A stretch of 64,000 bases of DNA from Planctomycetota bacterium (GTDB lineage Bacteria; Planctomycetota; UBA1135), in contig SHNF01000006.1 of NCBI GenBank assembly GCA_004295085.1, forward strand, positions 93,818 through 157,817, read 5' to 3'. Position 1 is the stretch's first letter. Every line of letters starts with the position of its first letter. Of the stretch, positions 63,083-64,000 are shown piece after piece. The notes beneath the pieces are model-generated. The model did no database searches. It was not told where the DNA came from and saw only the letters and a program-made list of their open reading frames with translations. A program made the translations under genes and the position numbers.

Positions 63083-64000
63083 GTGACCGTGGTGCTTGCG
63101 GCCCTGTGCGCCGTGTTCCCGGCCGCGTGGCTCGCCGCCGGGCAGGATCCCGAGGTCCCGCCGGCGGCGCTGGAGCCGGTCCGGGAGCCGGCGGCGGAGC
63201 CTGCGTCCGAGGCTGCGCCGCAGGAGCTGGCGCCGGTGGTGCGCTACCGCCTGGACGTGGCGCTGACGCCGGACGCGGACGAGGTGTACCGCGTGATCCG
63301 CGGCAGCTCGACCGTCACCTGGCGCAACCCCACCGGCGCGGCCACGGCCGAGTTGTACTGGCACGTCTACAACAACGCCTGGGCCGGGCGCGACTCGCTG
63401 TGGCTGCGCGAGGCGCGCCGCCTGGGCGACGAACGGCTGCCCCGGGCCTGGGGCGGCACCGAGATCACGCGCGTGCGCCGCCGCTCCGACACGGACGCGG
63501 CCGAGGGGGTGGACCTGCCCTGGACCTTCGTGCCGCATCCGGACGCGCCCGGCGACCGCACGGTGCTGCAGGTGCTGCTGCCCGAGGCGGTGCCGCCGGG
63601 CGGAACGGTGACGGTGGAGATGGGGTTCGTGGCCACGCTCCCGCCCGCGTTCCGGCGCAGCGGCGTGGGCGGCGATTACGTGCACGCCGCCCAGTGGTTC
63701 CCCAAGCTGGGGGTGTTCGAGGAGCGCGACGGCGTCGCGGCCTGGAACTGCGAGCCGTACCACCTTCTGACCGAGTTCTACTCCGACTTCGGCGACTACG
63801 AGCTGACCCTGGTGCTGCCCAATCGCTACAAGGGGCGGATCGCCGCCTCCGGCAGCATGGTGGGCGATCCCGTGGAGACGCGCGAGGGCGACGTCACCTA
63901 CCACTTCGCCGCGCAGCGCGTGCACGACTTCGCCTGGACCGTGGACGCGGACTTCCTGGTGGAGCGCCGGCCGTTCCTGCCGGCGGAGGTCGCGGAGCGC
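63083..64000 (+). CDS. Secreted M1-family metallopeptidase-like protein, N-terminal part (3' end outside window)
   Basis: The frame is open to the window end from the GTG at 63083, with signal VTVVLAALCAVFPAAWLAAG. ...WFPKLGVFE...WNCEPYHLLTEFYSDFGDYELTLVLP...HDFAW resembles the N-terminal beta domain of M1 peptidases. The HEXXH site would lie beyond the window. Confidence 0.45.
   Translation, partial: MTVVLAALCAVFPAAWLAAGQDPEVPPAALEPVREPAAEPASEAAPQELAPVVRYRLDVALTPDADEVYRVIRGSSTVTWRNPTGAATAELYWHVYNNAWAGRDSLWLREARRLGDERLPRAWGGTEITRVRRRSDTDAAEGVDLPWTFVPHPDAPGDRTVLQVLLPEAVPPGGTVTVEMGFVATLPPAFRRSGVGGDYVHAAQWFPKLGVFEERDGVAAWNCEPYHLLTEFYSDFGDYELTLVLPNRYKGRIAASGSMVGDPVETREGDVTYHFAAQRVHDFAWTVDADFLVERRPFLPAEVAER

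Noticed and set aside
1-64000. Scan for CRISPR arrays, rRNA genes, transposases and prophage genes
   Set aside because: I found no regularly spaced direct repeats, no rRNA-like conserved stretches and no DDE/tyrosine/serine recombinase motifs in any credible frame.

Overview
High-GC (about 68-70% judged from hand counts on sample lines) bacterial chromosomal segment. It is densely coding: about 55 protein genes, one tRNA-Arg(CCT), no rRNA, no CRISPR array, and no integrase or transposase that I can recognise. Because of the GC content, the six-frame track is full of long Arg/Pro/Ala/Gly-rich shadow ORFs. I accepted only frames with recognisable catalytic motifs, signal peptides or lipoboxes, Shine-Dalgarno sequences or translational coupling. 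Housekeeping and accessory content includes amidohydrolases, topoisomerase III plus cytidine deaminase, and a TetR/SnoaL pair. Also present are an Ada-like methyltransferase, a di-haem cytochrome c peroxidase and a polyphosphate neighbourhood (sixA-CHAD, ppk1, ppx, apaH). The rest comprises two tandem SASA/SGNH esterase paralogs next to a GH13 enzyme, an S8 protease, a NifU-like protein and many secreted proteins or lipoproteins of unknown function. Main items for a second look: (1) a roughly 10 kb block inserted between a citD-citE fusion gene and citF. It carries a 1182-aa Gly-rich lipoprotein, a translationally coupled module (divergent ECF-like sigma, TPR-like protein, 70-aa Gly/Asn/Ser-tailed mini-protein), a 1034-aa membrane-anchored beta-sandwich repeat protein and a Cys-rich secreted protein. 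A sharp low-GC trough (about 43-58%) crosses gene boundaries within this block. (2) A co-directional cluster top6B-top6A-ygiQ-deoxyhypusine-synthase-like, that is, archaeal-type topoisomerase VI in a bacterial context. (3) A 1.7 kb three-gene cassette (CGNR regulator, ABM protein, degenerate AdoMetDC-like protein) bracketed by a duplicated cdd 3' end, directly upstream of tRNA-Arg. (4) Several unusual proteins: a periplasmic Cys-phosphatase/cytochrome c' fusion, a Bcp homolog without the peroxidatic Cys, and a lipoprotein with 18 CxxC motifs. (5) A 17-bp perfect inverted repeat enclosing an AT-rich 156-bp core downstream of an orphan ParB-like gene. All functional calls come from reading motifs by eye; no database search was possible.
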